A DNA stretch of 64,000 nucleotides from IMG/VR virus record IMGVR_UViG_3300020469_000023, positions 1 through 64,000 of that record; one strand, 5' to 3'. The translations under genes and the position numbers were made by a program. The notes under the pieces were generated by a model, which made no database searches, was not told the origin of the DNA, and worked only from the letters and a program-made list of their open reading frames with translations. This DNA is from a virus. This document shows positions 20,129 through 28,983 of the stretch, in pieces (the first letter of the stretch is position 1; each line of letters opens with the position of its first letter).

Positions 20129-21690
20129 AATATTCTCACGTTGTATTCACTTTGCCAGTCTTTAACATCTTGTTCATCATTTAACATAGGTTGACCTTTA
20201 ATATTTAACGAAGTATTAAGTAGCATTGGCACACCTGTTCGTTCATAGTACTCTTCTAGTATTTGTCTGAGTACACTTTGGCAATCTTTCTTTACCACTT
20301 GACATCTAGAAGTACCATCAATATGAATAACAGAATTGTAATCATGTTTTGCTTTACAAGTGTATTGCATGTACTCGTTCTTATATCCATCAAAGTAATC
20401 ATCTGCATATTCTTCTAGTATTGCTGGTGCAAATGGTCTAAATCTTTCTCGTTTCTTTATATCGTTTACTGTATCTTTGACATCATATCTTACATCTGCA
20501 ATGAGACTTCGATTACCCAATGCTCTTGGTCCAAACTCTGCTTTACCATTTGCAATACCACAGACTCGTTTTGATAATAAGTAATCAACTACTTCTTTTG
20601 GATTAATTTTATTTTTTATATTATATCCAAGATATGGTGACCATTTTAATCTAGTCCCACCTGTTTCTTCTGCCCATGTTTTTGCGGCACACCCTAAAGA
20701 ACTACCTGAATCATTAGGTGAAATTGCAATATGCATATCATCAAACATATCTCTTATCTTTGAATTCGCAACAATATTCTGTGCGACACCACCAGAATAA
20801 ATTAATTTACTTCCGTGCTTTCTTGCAGTTTGCATAATTTCTAATATTTTGTTTTCTGCAAATTCTTGAACTGATGCCGCAATGACTTTTGCATCATGTG
20901 TTTGTTTTACTTTCCAAAGTTTTTTTATAAATCTTTTTTCTAAATCAGCAATCATTGTTGGATATCTATGATATAGAAATCCCATACTTGATTTTTTTCG
21001 TTCTGGGTTACTTGTGTCTAAAGTATATTTTAATCTTAAAAATTCTTCTCTGGTATATTGACTATACGATTCATAATAATCTGTAAAAAATTTCACTAGA
21101 TTTTTATCAGGTTCTGCATATGCAGATAAACCCATAACAATGTATTCGTGTTCTAGTGGTTTGTAACCTAATATTTTAGTTGTATAACTATAAATTTTGC
21201 CAATAGATTGTGGGTCATGAACATCATCTATGACATTAAAATTAGAGTCATAGATTACAGATGTTTGTTCTTCTCCAGCACCATCAATTGATACCATAAC
21301 TATATCATCATTTGTTTTCCATGGGCAAGTATATAAACCTTGTGCAACGTGTGACTCATGATGCATATGACACTTATCAAATGTTCCTTCATCTTCTTCT
21401 GGAAAATATCCAATTATTCCACCACGAGTTAAACTTTCACTCATTTTATTTAAATCATCAGGAAATATCTCTTTACGAAGATTGTGCATCTTGCTTCTTA
21501 TTGATGTATCTTCATAAAATGTAACAACATCATCATCTTTAATGAGTTCCATTAATTCAAATGCTATTCTAGGGTCGTATTTTATTTTTGAATATCTTTC
21601 TGAATGTGATGCAAACGATACTGAACCATCTTCTTCAATGATTGATAGTCCAGCATCATGAAACTGGTTTGAATAACCTACGTATCTCAT
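20125..21690 (-). CDS. Carbamoyltransferase (NodU/CmcH family)
   Basis: HDAG, ERYS, HHESH, DGAGE, GGVAQN, EFGPRALGNRS, RPFAP, LNTSLN. Confidence 0.93.
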   Translation of the reverse strand: MRYVGYSNQFHDAGLSIIEEDGSVSFASHSERYSKIKYDPRIAFELMELIKDDDVVTFYEDTSIRSKMHNLRKEIFPDDLNKMSESLTRGGIIGYFPEEDEGTFDKCHMHHESHVAQGLYTCPWKTNDDIVMVSIDGAGEEQTSVIYDSNFNVIDDVHDPQSIGKIYSYTTKILGYKPLEHEYIVMGLSAYAEPDKNLVKFFTDYYESYSQYTREEFLRLKYTLDTSNPERKKSSMGFLYHRYPTMIADLEKRFIKKLWKVKQTHDAKVIAASVQEFAENKILEIMQTARKHGSKLIYSGGVAQNIVANSKIRDMFDDMHIAISPNDSGSSLGCAAKTWAEETGGTRLKWSPYLGYNIKNKINPKEVVDYLLSKRVCGIANGKAEFGPRALGNRSLIADVRYDVKDTVNDIKKRERFRPFAPAILEEYADDYFDGYKNEYMQYTCKAKHDYNSVIHIDGTSRCQVVKKDCQSVLRQILEEYYERTGVPMLLNTSLNIKGQPMLNDEQDVKDWQSEYNVRIF

Positions 21691-22013
21691 TTTCCTACTG
21701 TCATTTTTCCACCACGACTACCAGTTCCAGCGTAGAGACCAAACCAAGCGGCACCAGCACCGACAACAACAGATATTAAACCTGCTTGAGCAGTATTGGG
21801 TTCGGGTAAAGTCATAAACCAAACAGTTGATTTATACAATAGAACGATATAAGTAGTGATAAAAAGACGAGGAAAGATTCTCCATGCATCAACCGCATCT
21901 GCTAAATCTATCAACCATTGATATTTATTAACTTTTGGTGATTTTAAAGTTGGGTCGATTTCTAATTCAACTGCAACTTTCTTTTGCACTATATTTAAAG
22001 TATCTTCTGCCAT
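21687..22013 (-). CDS. Two-TM membrane protein (holin-like)
   Basis: WRIFPRL...AGLISVVVGAGAAWFGLY; GGAG SD; late-promoter-like CATAAATA upstream. Confidence 0.65.
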   Translation of the reverse strand: MAEDTLNIVQKKVAVELEIDPTLKSPKVNKYQWLIDLADAVDAWRIFPRLFITTYIVLLYKSTVWFMTLPEPNTAQAGLISVVVGAGAAWFGLYAGTGSRGGKMTVGK

Positions 22014-22037
22014 AATTACTCCTTATAAAAGAACTAT

Positions 22038-22634
22038 TTATGCAGATGCTAAATCTTCGTAGATAGATTTCCAGGTGGGATATTTTTTGAATTGTTCGTT
22101 ATCCATATTGAACCCATGTTCAAACAGTACTGAGTCTAAACCATATTTCAGACCACATTCAGCATTGTCAACTTTGTCTTCAATCCATAGATAACCACTA
22201 TCTTGATATTCTGTTAGAATTCTATCTTTGTCTTCACCAGTATCTAAACAAATAATCTTTTCAAAACAAGTATCGCCAAAAATCTTTTCTAAGTTTTGTT
22301 TACGTAATTGTTGAGCAGAATAATCTTTTGATAAAGAAGTGATACAATGAAATACATACCCAAGTTCTTTGTGAATTTTTGGTACCCAATGTGCGGCATC
22401 ACGTAATGCTGGTAAGAAACCTATTGCGGCAGACTGATTAAATGTTCTAATGTGTTGTTTTGCTTCTTGTTTACTAATGTAAAAGTTATCTGCAACATTG
22501 TAAGAACCCCAACCTTCTTGTCGTTTTTCTTCACCTTGTTGTTGCATGTAGATACTAAAAGCATATCCCCAATTTAAGAGAACACCATCACAATCAGTAA
22601 GAATAACTTTGTTGTAAGGGTCTTTGTTCAGCAT
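22038..22634 (-). CDS. HAD-superfamily nucleotidase (T4 gp30.2-like)
   Basis: LTDCDGVLLNW, ITS, WIEDK..N. Confidence 0.85.
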   Translation of the reverse strand: MLNKDPYNKVILTDCDGVLLNWGYAFSIYMQQQGEEKRQEGWGSYNVADNFYISKQEAKQHIRTFNQSAAIGFLPALRDAAHWVPKIHKELGYVFHCITSLSKDYSAQQLRKQNLEKIFGDTCFEKIICLDTGEDKDRILTEYQDSGYLWIEDKVDNAECGLKYGLDSVLFEHGFNMDNEQFKKYPTWKSIYEDLASA

Positions 22635-22640
22635 GTAAGT

Positions 22641-22669
22641 ATTATAACAAATACTACATGGAATGTCAA
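22641..22669 (-). promoter_or_regulatory. sigma70-type promoter
   Basis: TTGACA-17-TATAAT, 6 nt before ATG 22634. Confidence 0.8.
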
Positions 22670-22848
22670 GTAACTAAAGAAATTAAATAGAAGTTCAGAC
22701 CCATGAAAAGTATTGTTCCTACTTGTAAAATTGATGCATAGATTACAAACTTAAGTGCATTGTCCGCCCACCAATCTCGGTCATTCTTTTGCCATCTTGC
22801 TTGTTCTTCTGGAGTGGCGTCTCTGTATGTATATTGTTTTTTACTCAT
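22666..22848 (-). CDS. Small membrane protein
   Basis: C-terminal TM helix. Confidence 0.6.
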   Translation of the reverse strand: MSKKQYTYRDATPEEQARWQKNDRDWWADNALKFVIYASILQVGTILFMGLNFYLISLVT

Positions 22849-22850
22849 AA

Positions 22851-23339
22851 TTAATTGTTGATAATAAATTCTTTTGCTACCTGATAAATTGTTTTCTTGC
22901 CATCTTTTAATGCAATCAAATTTCTTTTTCTATTTTGCGATAAGTCTGCTTTACATGAGGCATGTACCCACCCACTATTTGGTCCATCTGCTGGATTAAA
23001 GAATTCTAAAATGACTTGGTCATACTCACAATTATCTGTAATCCAATCTGCGACTTCTAAGTTAGACACACCATCTATTTCTAAATCAAGTGCTTCACCT
23101 TTACTGTGTTGTGATTTTGTTGAACCACCAATTGCTTCGTTTAGTGCTAATGACCTATAACCACTATTGATTCTTACTGGTTTGCCAAAGTGGTCTCTCA
23201 GTGGTTGTGCAATTTCATCAACTACGACTTGCAAATTATCATAATGTTCGCTATTAATAGGCATATTATTAATACCTAACTTTTTTGCTGTAGCACTTCT
23301 TATTAGTTCTTCAAGACTAAAGTTTTTGCTAAGTTTCAC
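22851..23339 (-). CDS. Peptidase M15A family, probable endolysin
   Basis: LSKNFSLEE, INSGYRS, SQHSKGEALD, WVH. Confidence 0.9.
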   Translation of the reverse strand: MKLSKNFSLEELIRSATAKKLGINNMPINSEHYDNLQVVVDEIAQPLRDHFGKPVRINSGYRSLALNEAIGGSTKSQHSKGEALDLEIDGVSNLEVADWITDNCEYDQVILEFFNPADGPNSGWVHASCKADLSQNRKRNLIALKDGKKTIYQVAKEFIINN

Positions 23340-23736
23340 AAACTCTCCTTCTTAAATCACTTGTAGAAAATCTGTGGTCACGATTATTAAAATACAATTC
23401 TATATCTCGTTTTCTACAGATATCTCTACCAGTAAATGGTTTATCTCTATACTCTTCGCCGAGTATTCTTACGTCTATTGTATATAGACTTAACAAGTCT
23501 TCTAAATCTTTCTCTGTTGCATATGGGATAATTTCATCAACGTATTTAATACCTTTTAACTGAGTATATCTTTCAACGATGGTTTGTATCGGTGCATTCT
23601 TTTCTGCTCTGTCAACGCTTGGGTCCATCTGGAGTGCAACGATTAAATAGTCACATTGCTCTTTTGCATCACGAAGCATTTGTACATGACCAGCATGAAG
23701 TAAATCAAACGTACTGCAAGTAAAACCTATTCTCAT
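23329..23736 (-). CDS. Glycerol-3-phosphate cytidylyltransferase-like (TagD family)
   Basis: FDLLHAGH, VDEII, RFSTSDLR; start moved to MRIGF (ATGA overlap). Confidence 0.9.
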   Translation of the reverse strand: MRIGFTCSTFDLLHAGHVQMLRDAKEQCDYLIVALQMDPSVDRAEKNAPIQTIVERYTQLKGIKYVDEIIPYATEKDLEDLLSLYTIDVRILGEEYRDKPFTGRDICRKRDIELYFNNRDHRFSTSDLRRRVCET

Positions 23737-23963
23737 TGTAATCTTTTCCATGTTGAATGTAAAACATAAAACCAAACACCATTGATTGCTGGTTCGACAA
23801 GTGCAACTACACCTGCTTCCCATAAACTTGCACCTGTCATTACAGATACCACTGTCATTGCAATAATGACATGACCAGCAGTATAAATTAGTGCTAACGT
23901 TAAACTAGACTTCTTAAGAAGACTATTAAATGCACCTTGAATACCAGTTGTAAATTCTGTCAT
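23733..23963 (-). CDS. DUF2061-like membrane protein
   Basis: YTAGHVIIA...ALVEPAINGVWFYVLH. Confidence 0.7.
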   Translation of the reverse strand: MTEFTTGIQGAFNSLLKKSSLTLALIYTAGHVIIAMTVVSVMTGASLWEAGVVALVEPAINGVWFYVLHSTWKRLQ

Positions 23964-24247
23964 TTCATATTACCATCTTTTGCTTCTTTAAATACATAGT
24001 TTGTTATCATAATAGGAACAAGAACTGCAATATGTATTATGATTGAAGTGACAATATTATAATTTTGCCAGTCTAACCAGACAATTGCAATTATTCCAAA
24101 ATAACAAGACCACATTACAAACAATGCTAATGTAAAATAACTTTGAATACTTGGGTCTTTAATATAACTTAGTGGATTGTATCGATTGTCCATGACACTT
24201 CGCCAACAAGTCAATACCCATTCAATCAATTTCATTACTATCTTCAT
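23960..24247 (-). CDS. Two-TM membrane protein
   Basis: WRSVMDNRYNPLSYI.DP plus two hydrophobic helices. Confidence 0.65.
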   Translation of the reverse strand: MKIVMKLIEWVLTCWRSVMDNRYNPLSYIKDPSIQSYFTLALFVMWSCYFGIIAIVWLDWQNYNIVTSIIIHIAVLVPIMITNYVFKEAKDGNMK

Positions 24248-24900
24248 TTTTTCTCCAACATTTCTTTTGTCATAATATAGTCACGTACAAAATCAGAACG
24301 AACTATATCTTTCCAATCAAACTCTATAACCGAAAAACTGTTTAGATGTTCAATTATATTAATAAACTCAATAATGCCTGCTTTATCTTTTGCTTGTTTA
24401 AAATCACTTTGATAGTAATCACCACAAAATATAATTCGACAATTATGACCAACTCGTGTGATTATACTATCTAATTCATGAAATGTCAAGTTCTGACATT
24501 CATCTATTATAAGAATAGAATCATTAAACGTGGTACCACGAATATAAGATGTTGATAGAAACTCTATCTGGTGCTTAGTCTTAAGTGTTTCATAAGAGTT
24601 TTTATCTTTAAATAATTCTGTACACATTTGTTGATAAGGTGTTTCGAATGCAGATAACTTTTCTTCTACTGTTCCTGGTAAAAACCCTAAGTCTCTTGTT
24701 GGTACAACACTTCTTATGATAACAAGTTTCTTATGATTTGACTTACCAAAGACTTCATTTAGTCCAAGATATAAAGACATAAATGTTTTACCTGTACCAG
24801 CACTACCATTTAAGACTAAATTATCTCCAACATTCCATGCAGAAAATGTTTCTTCTTGATGTTTAGTTATGGGTTTTATATCAATCGATTTTAATTTCAT
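24244..24900 (-). CDS. phoH: PhoH-family ATPase
   Basis: GSAGTGKT, LGFLPG, YIRGTTF, DECQN, GDYYQSD, DIVRS. Confidence 0.95.
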   Translation of the reverse strand: MKLKSIDIKPITKHQEETFSAWNVGDNLVLNGSAGTGKTFMSLYLGLNEVFGKSNHKKLVIIRSVVPTRDLGFLPGTVEEKLSAFETPYQQMCTELFKDKNSYETLKTKHQIEFLSTSYIRGTTFNDSILIIDECQNLTFHELDSIITRVGHNCRIIFCGDYYQSDFKQAKDKAGIIEFINIIEHLNSFSVIEFDWKDIVRSDFVRDYIMTKEMLEKK

Positions 24901-25126
24901 CTATGCTAGACAATTCAATGTCTTCAAATTTATTATCATCTACTAACCAAACTACTATCTTATTACTTTCTCTTTGATTTATTTTAATTCTCTGTTCAGT
25001 ATGTTGAAGAGTACAAGTTTTAGTAAATATTTTATCACTAGACAAACTTTTATAGGTAATAATTACATTACCTTCTTGAAGATGTTTTTTTAGTGAATCA
25101 AATGTCATGTGCGGGTATATGTGCAT
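24881..25126 (-). CDS. Small SH3/WYL_2-like protein
   Basis: TCTL...VVWLVD pattern. Confidence 0.5.
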   Translation of the reverse strand: MHIYPHMTFDSLKKHLQEGNVIITYKSLSSDKIFTKTCTLQHTEQRIKINQRESNKIVVWLVDDNKFEDIELSSIDEIKID

Positions 25127-25473
25127 TAATGGTTACGTTTACCATCAAAGACACAAACAAAATATAAGTCTTCTTCGGTATCATTATAAACTCGGTGAAA
25201 AGCACCGTCAGGAATCAAAACTACTGTCCCTGGTTTGACATCGATTTCCTGATTATCAACTGTCATAAAACCTGTTCCTTTCACAAATAAATAAACTTCT
25301 TCTTGACCAGAATGATTATGTCCTGTTGTTTGTTTATTTGCACGAAGTAATGTTGAACTCAAAACAAGATTGTTAAGAGTTTTATTATCTTTGAGTAAAT
25401 AGATTTCATTGTCTTTGACAACTTCACCACCTATATCATCAATCGTGAATTGTATTTCTTTTTGAGAGTCCAT
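25126..25473 (-). CDS. Cupin-domain protein
   Basis: GHNH.GQEEVY, IPDGAFHRVYN. Confidence 0.88.
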   Translation of the reverse strand: MDSQKEIQFTIDDIGGEVVKDNEIYLLKDNKTLNNLVLSSTLLRANKQTTGHNHSGQEEVYLFVKGTGFMTVDNQEIDVKPGTVVLIPDGAFHRVYNDTEEDLYFVCVFDGKRNH

Positions 25474-25708
25474 GTTTTACTGCTACTTCACTATTACCAC
25501 CAGCACCTTTTTTTATCTTACCAAGTAAATCTTTCCAATCACTACTCGTTCTACTTAACGTAGACCCTGCTTGTGATATTGTAGATGGTGCAGATATTCT
25601 TTTTTCAAGGTGTGGATTGTCTGCTTTAAATTTATCTAAGTCTTTATAAGACATTCGATGTTCTTCTGTCTCTTCTGTTTTAGTGTTGTAAAATTCATAT
25701 GTTATCAT
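25439..25708 (-). CDS. FmdB-like small late protein
   Basis: M.TYEFYN start, WKDLLGKIKK; TATAAATA at 25716-25723. Confidence 0.65.
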   Translation of the reverse strand: MITYEFYNTKTEETEEHRMSYKDLDKFKADNPHLEKRISAPSTISQAGSTLSRTSSDWKDLLGKIKKGAGGNSEVAVKHGLSKRNTIHD

Positions 25709-25728
25709 AATATATTATTTATAATTAA

Positions 25729-25752
25729 CGTAAGGGGGAACTCCCCCCTACG
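25729..25752 (-). terminator. Probable intrinsic terminator
   Basis: CGTAGGGGGG-AGTT-CCCCCTTACG 10-bp stem, followed by TTAATT, just after a small ORF. Confidence 0.7.
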
Positions 25753-25767
25753 AGATAAGACCACCCC

Positions 25768-25932
25768 CTATTGTGTTTCGTTATAAGAATCACATATAGA
25801 TTGCTTAAGGAATCCACGTTTCAACGTTAGTTTTCGGACTAGATTATCTTTACCTTGTTTTTTCAATCGATAAATTCTATTATCTAATTCTCTTTCATCT
25901 TTCCTTAAACGTTCTACTTGTGCCAATGTCAT
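25768..25932 (-). CDS. Small basic coiled-coil protein (54 aa)
   Basis: Hand translation MTLAQVERLRKDERELDNRIYRLKKQGKDNLVRKLTLKRGFLKQSICDSYNETQ; AAGGAGG SD. Confidence 0.7.
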   Translation of the reverse strand: MTLAQVERLRKDERELDNRIYRLKKQGKDNLVRKLTLKRGFLKQSICDSYNETQ

Positions 25933-25992
25933 ACATTGCCCTCCTTAAGTGTCATAACGAAACTGGGAGTCAAGTTCTTTAAAGTTCCCTAC

Positions 25993-26427
25993 TTATGCAT
26001 CAAACCCAGAACCTTTAATCAAACCGGGGAATGCCTCTTTCGCAAGACCCTCTGTAAGATATTTGCAGGGTTGTTCTTTGTTTATCATTTTAATAACAAT
26101 CTCTGCATCTTCGGCATGAATAGATTCTAGTAACTGTACGAATCTTCGTTCTATTTTGAATTGAGGTATACCTTGAGATTTTCTACCACGTACAAAATCA
26201 CCAAATTGTCTATGCAATCTTCTTAATGAAGATGGCGTACTTTCTGGTCTATTGGGTGTATATGGTGGAGTACCTGCAGGTAGTAAAAATACAAGAGTAC
26301 TATCGTAACAACCTCTAACCACATCTTTCAATGCTGGTATAGAGTTGTCTTGTAAAAATTTAACTCTTTCGTTCTTACTCTTTATCTTTTCAAAACGTTC
26401 AAAAATTTCAAATAGTTCTAATTCCAT
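25993..26427 (-). CDS. Conserved T4-like protein (DUF6433-like)
   Basis: LPAGTPPYTPN, FVQLLESIHAEDAE, KEAFPGL. Confidence 0.75.
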   Translation of the reverse strand: MELELFEIFERFEKIKSKNERVKFLQDNSIPALKDVVRGCYDSTLVFLLPAGTPPYTPNRPESTPSSLRRLHRQFGDFVRGRKSQGIPQFKIERRFVQLLESIHAEDAEIVIKMINKEQPCKYLTEGLAKEAFPGLIKGSGFDA

Positions 26428-26500
26428 AATTATATCCTATAAAGTTATATATAAAAATCACTCTCTTTACGAGAGTAATTTCACCAATTCAACTATTTAG

Positions 26501-26794
26501 TTATGATTTAAAAGCATCTAAAAGAATGCTCTTATTTTCCTGAGAAACCCCAGGCATATCTGTGATTAGTTGACCATCACTATCGCAACACTCCATATCA
26601 AACTTTGTTTGAATGAAGTCTGCTTGTTGTTCGACATATTTTATAAAAGATGAATATTCTTTCTCACCATGTGCCCTTCTTTCAGCACAATTATTTGCAT
26701 ACATTAATCTAGCAAATGCATCTAAATCAGATAAGTATTCTTCTGAGTGGTCACCAGACCAATATGGTTCGCTTCTAATATTACTCATTTTCAA
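26501..26794 (-). CDS. Hypothetical protein
   Basis: FARLMYANNCAERRAHGE. Confidence 0.6.
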   Translation of the reverse strand: MKMSNIRSEPYWSGDHSEEYLSDLDAFARLMYANNCAERRAHGEKEYSSFIKYVEQQADFIQTKFDMECCDSDGQLITDMPGVSQENKSILLDAFKS

Positions 26795-27011
26795 TTCTTA
26801 TGTTTTCAATAAAATAATTTTCAAGTAAACTTTCATTCTCTTGAATATCACCATTTAACTGCATTCTGTTTTCTACAGATTGACATGCTAAGTCATAACA
26901 TTTCGTGTCAGACGATGCAAACAATTGACACTCTTTACTGTTAAGTGCAATCGTTACAGGATAACCAGTCGCTATATGCTCTAGTTCTACGTAATTTTTT
27001 AACTCTATCAT
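26781..27011 (-). CDS. Hypothetical early protein
   Basis: GAGGT SD; promoter upstream. Confidence 0.6.
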   Translation of the reverse strand: MIELKNYVELEHIATGYPVTIALNSKECQLFASSDTKCYDLACQSVENRMQLNGDIQENESLLENYFIENIRIENE

Positions 27012-27182
27012 TTATACCTCTCTATTAGTTAAGTTATTATTATACTTGGTTTTACAAGAATTGTCAAGTGTTTTGAAGAACTCGTCTAATTCTTTTTGTT
27101 CTTTTTCGGTGGGTTTAAAGTGTGGGTTTAAGAAGTACTCTTGTAGAAGAGTACCTCTTTTATAACCTCCGGTGCCTCGCAC
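27012..27182 (-). CDS. Small hypothetical protein (56 aa, GTG start)
   Basis: Hand translation MRGTGGYKRGTLLQEYFLNPHFKPTEKEQKELDEFF...; fills the gap exactly. Confidence 0.5.
   Translation of the reverse strand: MRGTGGYKRGTLLQEYFLNPHFKPTEKEQKELDEFFKTLDNSCKTKYNNNLTNREV
27039..27067 (-). promoter_or_regulatory. sigma70-type early promoter
   Basis: TTGACA-17-TATAAT. Confidence 0.8.
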
Positions 27183-27358
27183 TAGGCAACCTCGTCAACT
27201 AAAATTAATTTTCTTTTGCCAATTTTTATGTAACCTTTTTCTCTATCTACATAAACATCTTTGTATTTTGTAAAATCTCTAACTTTGTACTGTGTATTTT
27301 TCATTAAAGTATCGTACACGTCATCTAAGAAATTTTTATCTACTTGTTGCATTGCCAT
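27182..27358 (-). CDS. Small hypothetical protein (58 aa)
   Basis: Hand translation MAMQQVDKNFLDDVYDTLMKNTQYKVRDF...; TAATG coupling with upstream gene. Confidence 0.6.
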   Translation of the reverse strand: MAMQQVDKNFLDDVYDTLMKNTQYKVRDFTKYKDVYVDREKGYIKIGKRKLILVDEVA

Positions 27359-27681
27359 TATGCGGCCTCTTTAATTTCTTGAGACTGAGCAATAACGTTG
27401 TTCTTGTAAACTTCAAGAATTTCATTGTAAGAAAACACTTTAAAGTAGTAAGGCACTTTTGTCACTTTACCATCAGCATCTTCTTTTTCTCTCATCATCA
27501 TAAGAGTAGCAAATGCTTTAGCACCTTTAAGATATTTACCAGCAATTGTTTTGCCATTACTATCTTTTACTTTAAGCATTTGTTTGAATGTACCGAACTT
27601 GTCACCTTCTTCGGCCCCACTTGCGAGTAAGATATCAAAGTTCTGACCTGTATACTCTCTTTTTGTTAAAACATTAATCAT
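27358..27681 (-). CDS. ArdC N-terminal (DUF1738)-like ssDNA-binding protein
   Basis: N..TKREYTGQN..L, FGTFKQ, LKGAKA, YFKVF match the ArdC-N pattern. Confidence 0.65.
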   Translation of the reverse strand: MINVLTKREYTGQNFDILLASGAEEGDKFGTFKQMLKVKDSNGKTIAGKYLKGAKAFATLMMMREKEDADGKVTKVPYYFKVFSYNEILEVYKNNVIAQSQEIKEAA

Positions 27682-27714
27682 TTTTACCTCTCTAATTAAT
27701 TAATTTATGTTGTT

Positions 27715-27743
27715 ATTATAACAAGTGAATCAAGTATTGTCAA
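27715..27743 (-). promoter_or_regulatory. sigma70-type early promoter, part of a repeated cassette
   Basis: TTGACA-17-TATAAT. Confidence 0.85.
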
Positions 27744-28983
27744 GTCTTTTTTTCACATTTTTTATATGTCCACGAAGTTGTTCCATATTAATCTTAGTAT
27801 CGTAATCAAATAAACTTAAATCTATAGGTTCTGGACATGACTTAATTAGGTCATCTAAGTGAATAGTTTCGATTCTACCTTTTAATATGTATTGACTATT
27901 GACTATTTCTAGAATATCATCCATGTCACGTTTCTGAGTCCACATGGAGTTGTTGACAGAAACATGCCCAGTAGATGATACATCTATGTCGTAAAAATCG
28001 TCTGGTGAGACTCCTAGAGAGTCTGGTATGCATTCAGAATTACCACTTATGTAGTTTACTAGTAATGGAATTGCTGTATCTACACTACCATAGTGTGAAA
28101 TAAATTCGATGTCATACTCTTTACACATGTCTATATGTTTTTGTGTCATTGTAAATCCACACATAACTAATATTGTACCTTTTTGTAGTCCACCATTTTT
28201 ATCAAAGAATTCAATAAACCAATCTAGCATTTTTTCATTTGGTATCATTACGTGATTAAAGTTAATTAAATTAAGACCTTTGACTTGCCATTCAGTAAAC
28301 TCTGCCATTGTAAACGACCTATGTTTTTTAACTACCATAAGTGACGGCAATAGTGTACATAACATTGCACTAACATGGTGCATATTTTTACTATGTAATA
28401 TTTTAGTATCTGGTTTTAATTTAAAAATATCTATATTTCTTTTTGCTATTGCATATACTTCTTTATGTGTGAATTCAATTTTACGAGAAGGTTTAGTAGA
28501 ACCAGATGTAGAACTAATTAAAAATACATCATCTTCTGATACTTCACTAATGTAGTCCATACCTGTCGGTACTTTTAATTTAAGTTCTCGTGCATCAATT
28601 AGTTCTTTACTATATTCACGAATCATTTTACCATGCAAACCACCATAAAGTTCATCGCCTTTAAAAGCATTATGAATTAAATAATCGACAGGACCATGAA
28701 GTGCGAGTTTAGTATAAGGTAAAGACTCTTTGGTTGCAGGCGCATCAATCAAAAATATTTTTAAACCTAACTCGGCACATGCAATAATAGATGTTAAATG
28801 TAAATGATTTACATCTAGAATACCAATAGCAATTGTTTCTCCTTTGCGAACATTGTAGTTCTCTTTGAGTAACATTTTCCATTGTCTTATTTCATAAACA
28901 AGTTCTGCTTTTGATTTATTGGCATCAAAGTTTATTTCGTCATTGATAATGTTACGACTAATTTTGTTTTCCGACATCATATA
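27730..28983 (-). CDS. AMP-binding (ANL adenylating enzyme)-like protein, C-terminally short
   Basis: STSGSTKPSRK P-loop, HYGSVD, DIL..GR; exact start uncertain. Confidence 0.65.
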   Translation of the reverse strand, partial: YMMSENKISRNIINDEINFDANKSKAELVYEIRQWKMLLKENYNVRKGETIAIGILDVNHLHLTSIIACAELGLKIFLIDAPATKESLPYTKLALHGPVDYLIHNAFKGDELYGGLHGKMIREYSKELIDARELKLKVPTGMDYISEVSEDDVFLISSTSGSTKPSRKIEFTHKEVYAIAKRNIDIFKLKPDTKILHSKNMHHVSAMLCTLLPSLMVVKKHRSFTMAEFTEWQVKGLNLINFNHVMIPNEKMLDWFIEFFDKNGGLQKGTILVMCGFTMTQKHIDMCKEYDIEFISHYGSVDTAIPLLVNYISGNSECIPDSLGVSPDDFYDIDVSSTGHVSVNNSMWTQKRDMDDILEIVNSQYILKGRIETIHLDDLIKSCPEPIDLSLFDYDTKINMEQLRGHIKNVKKRLDNT

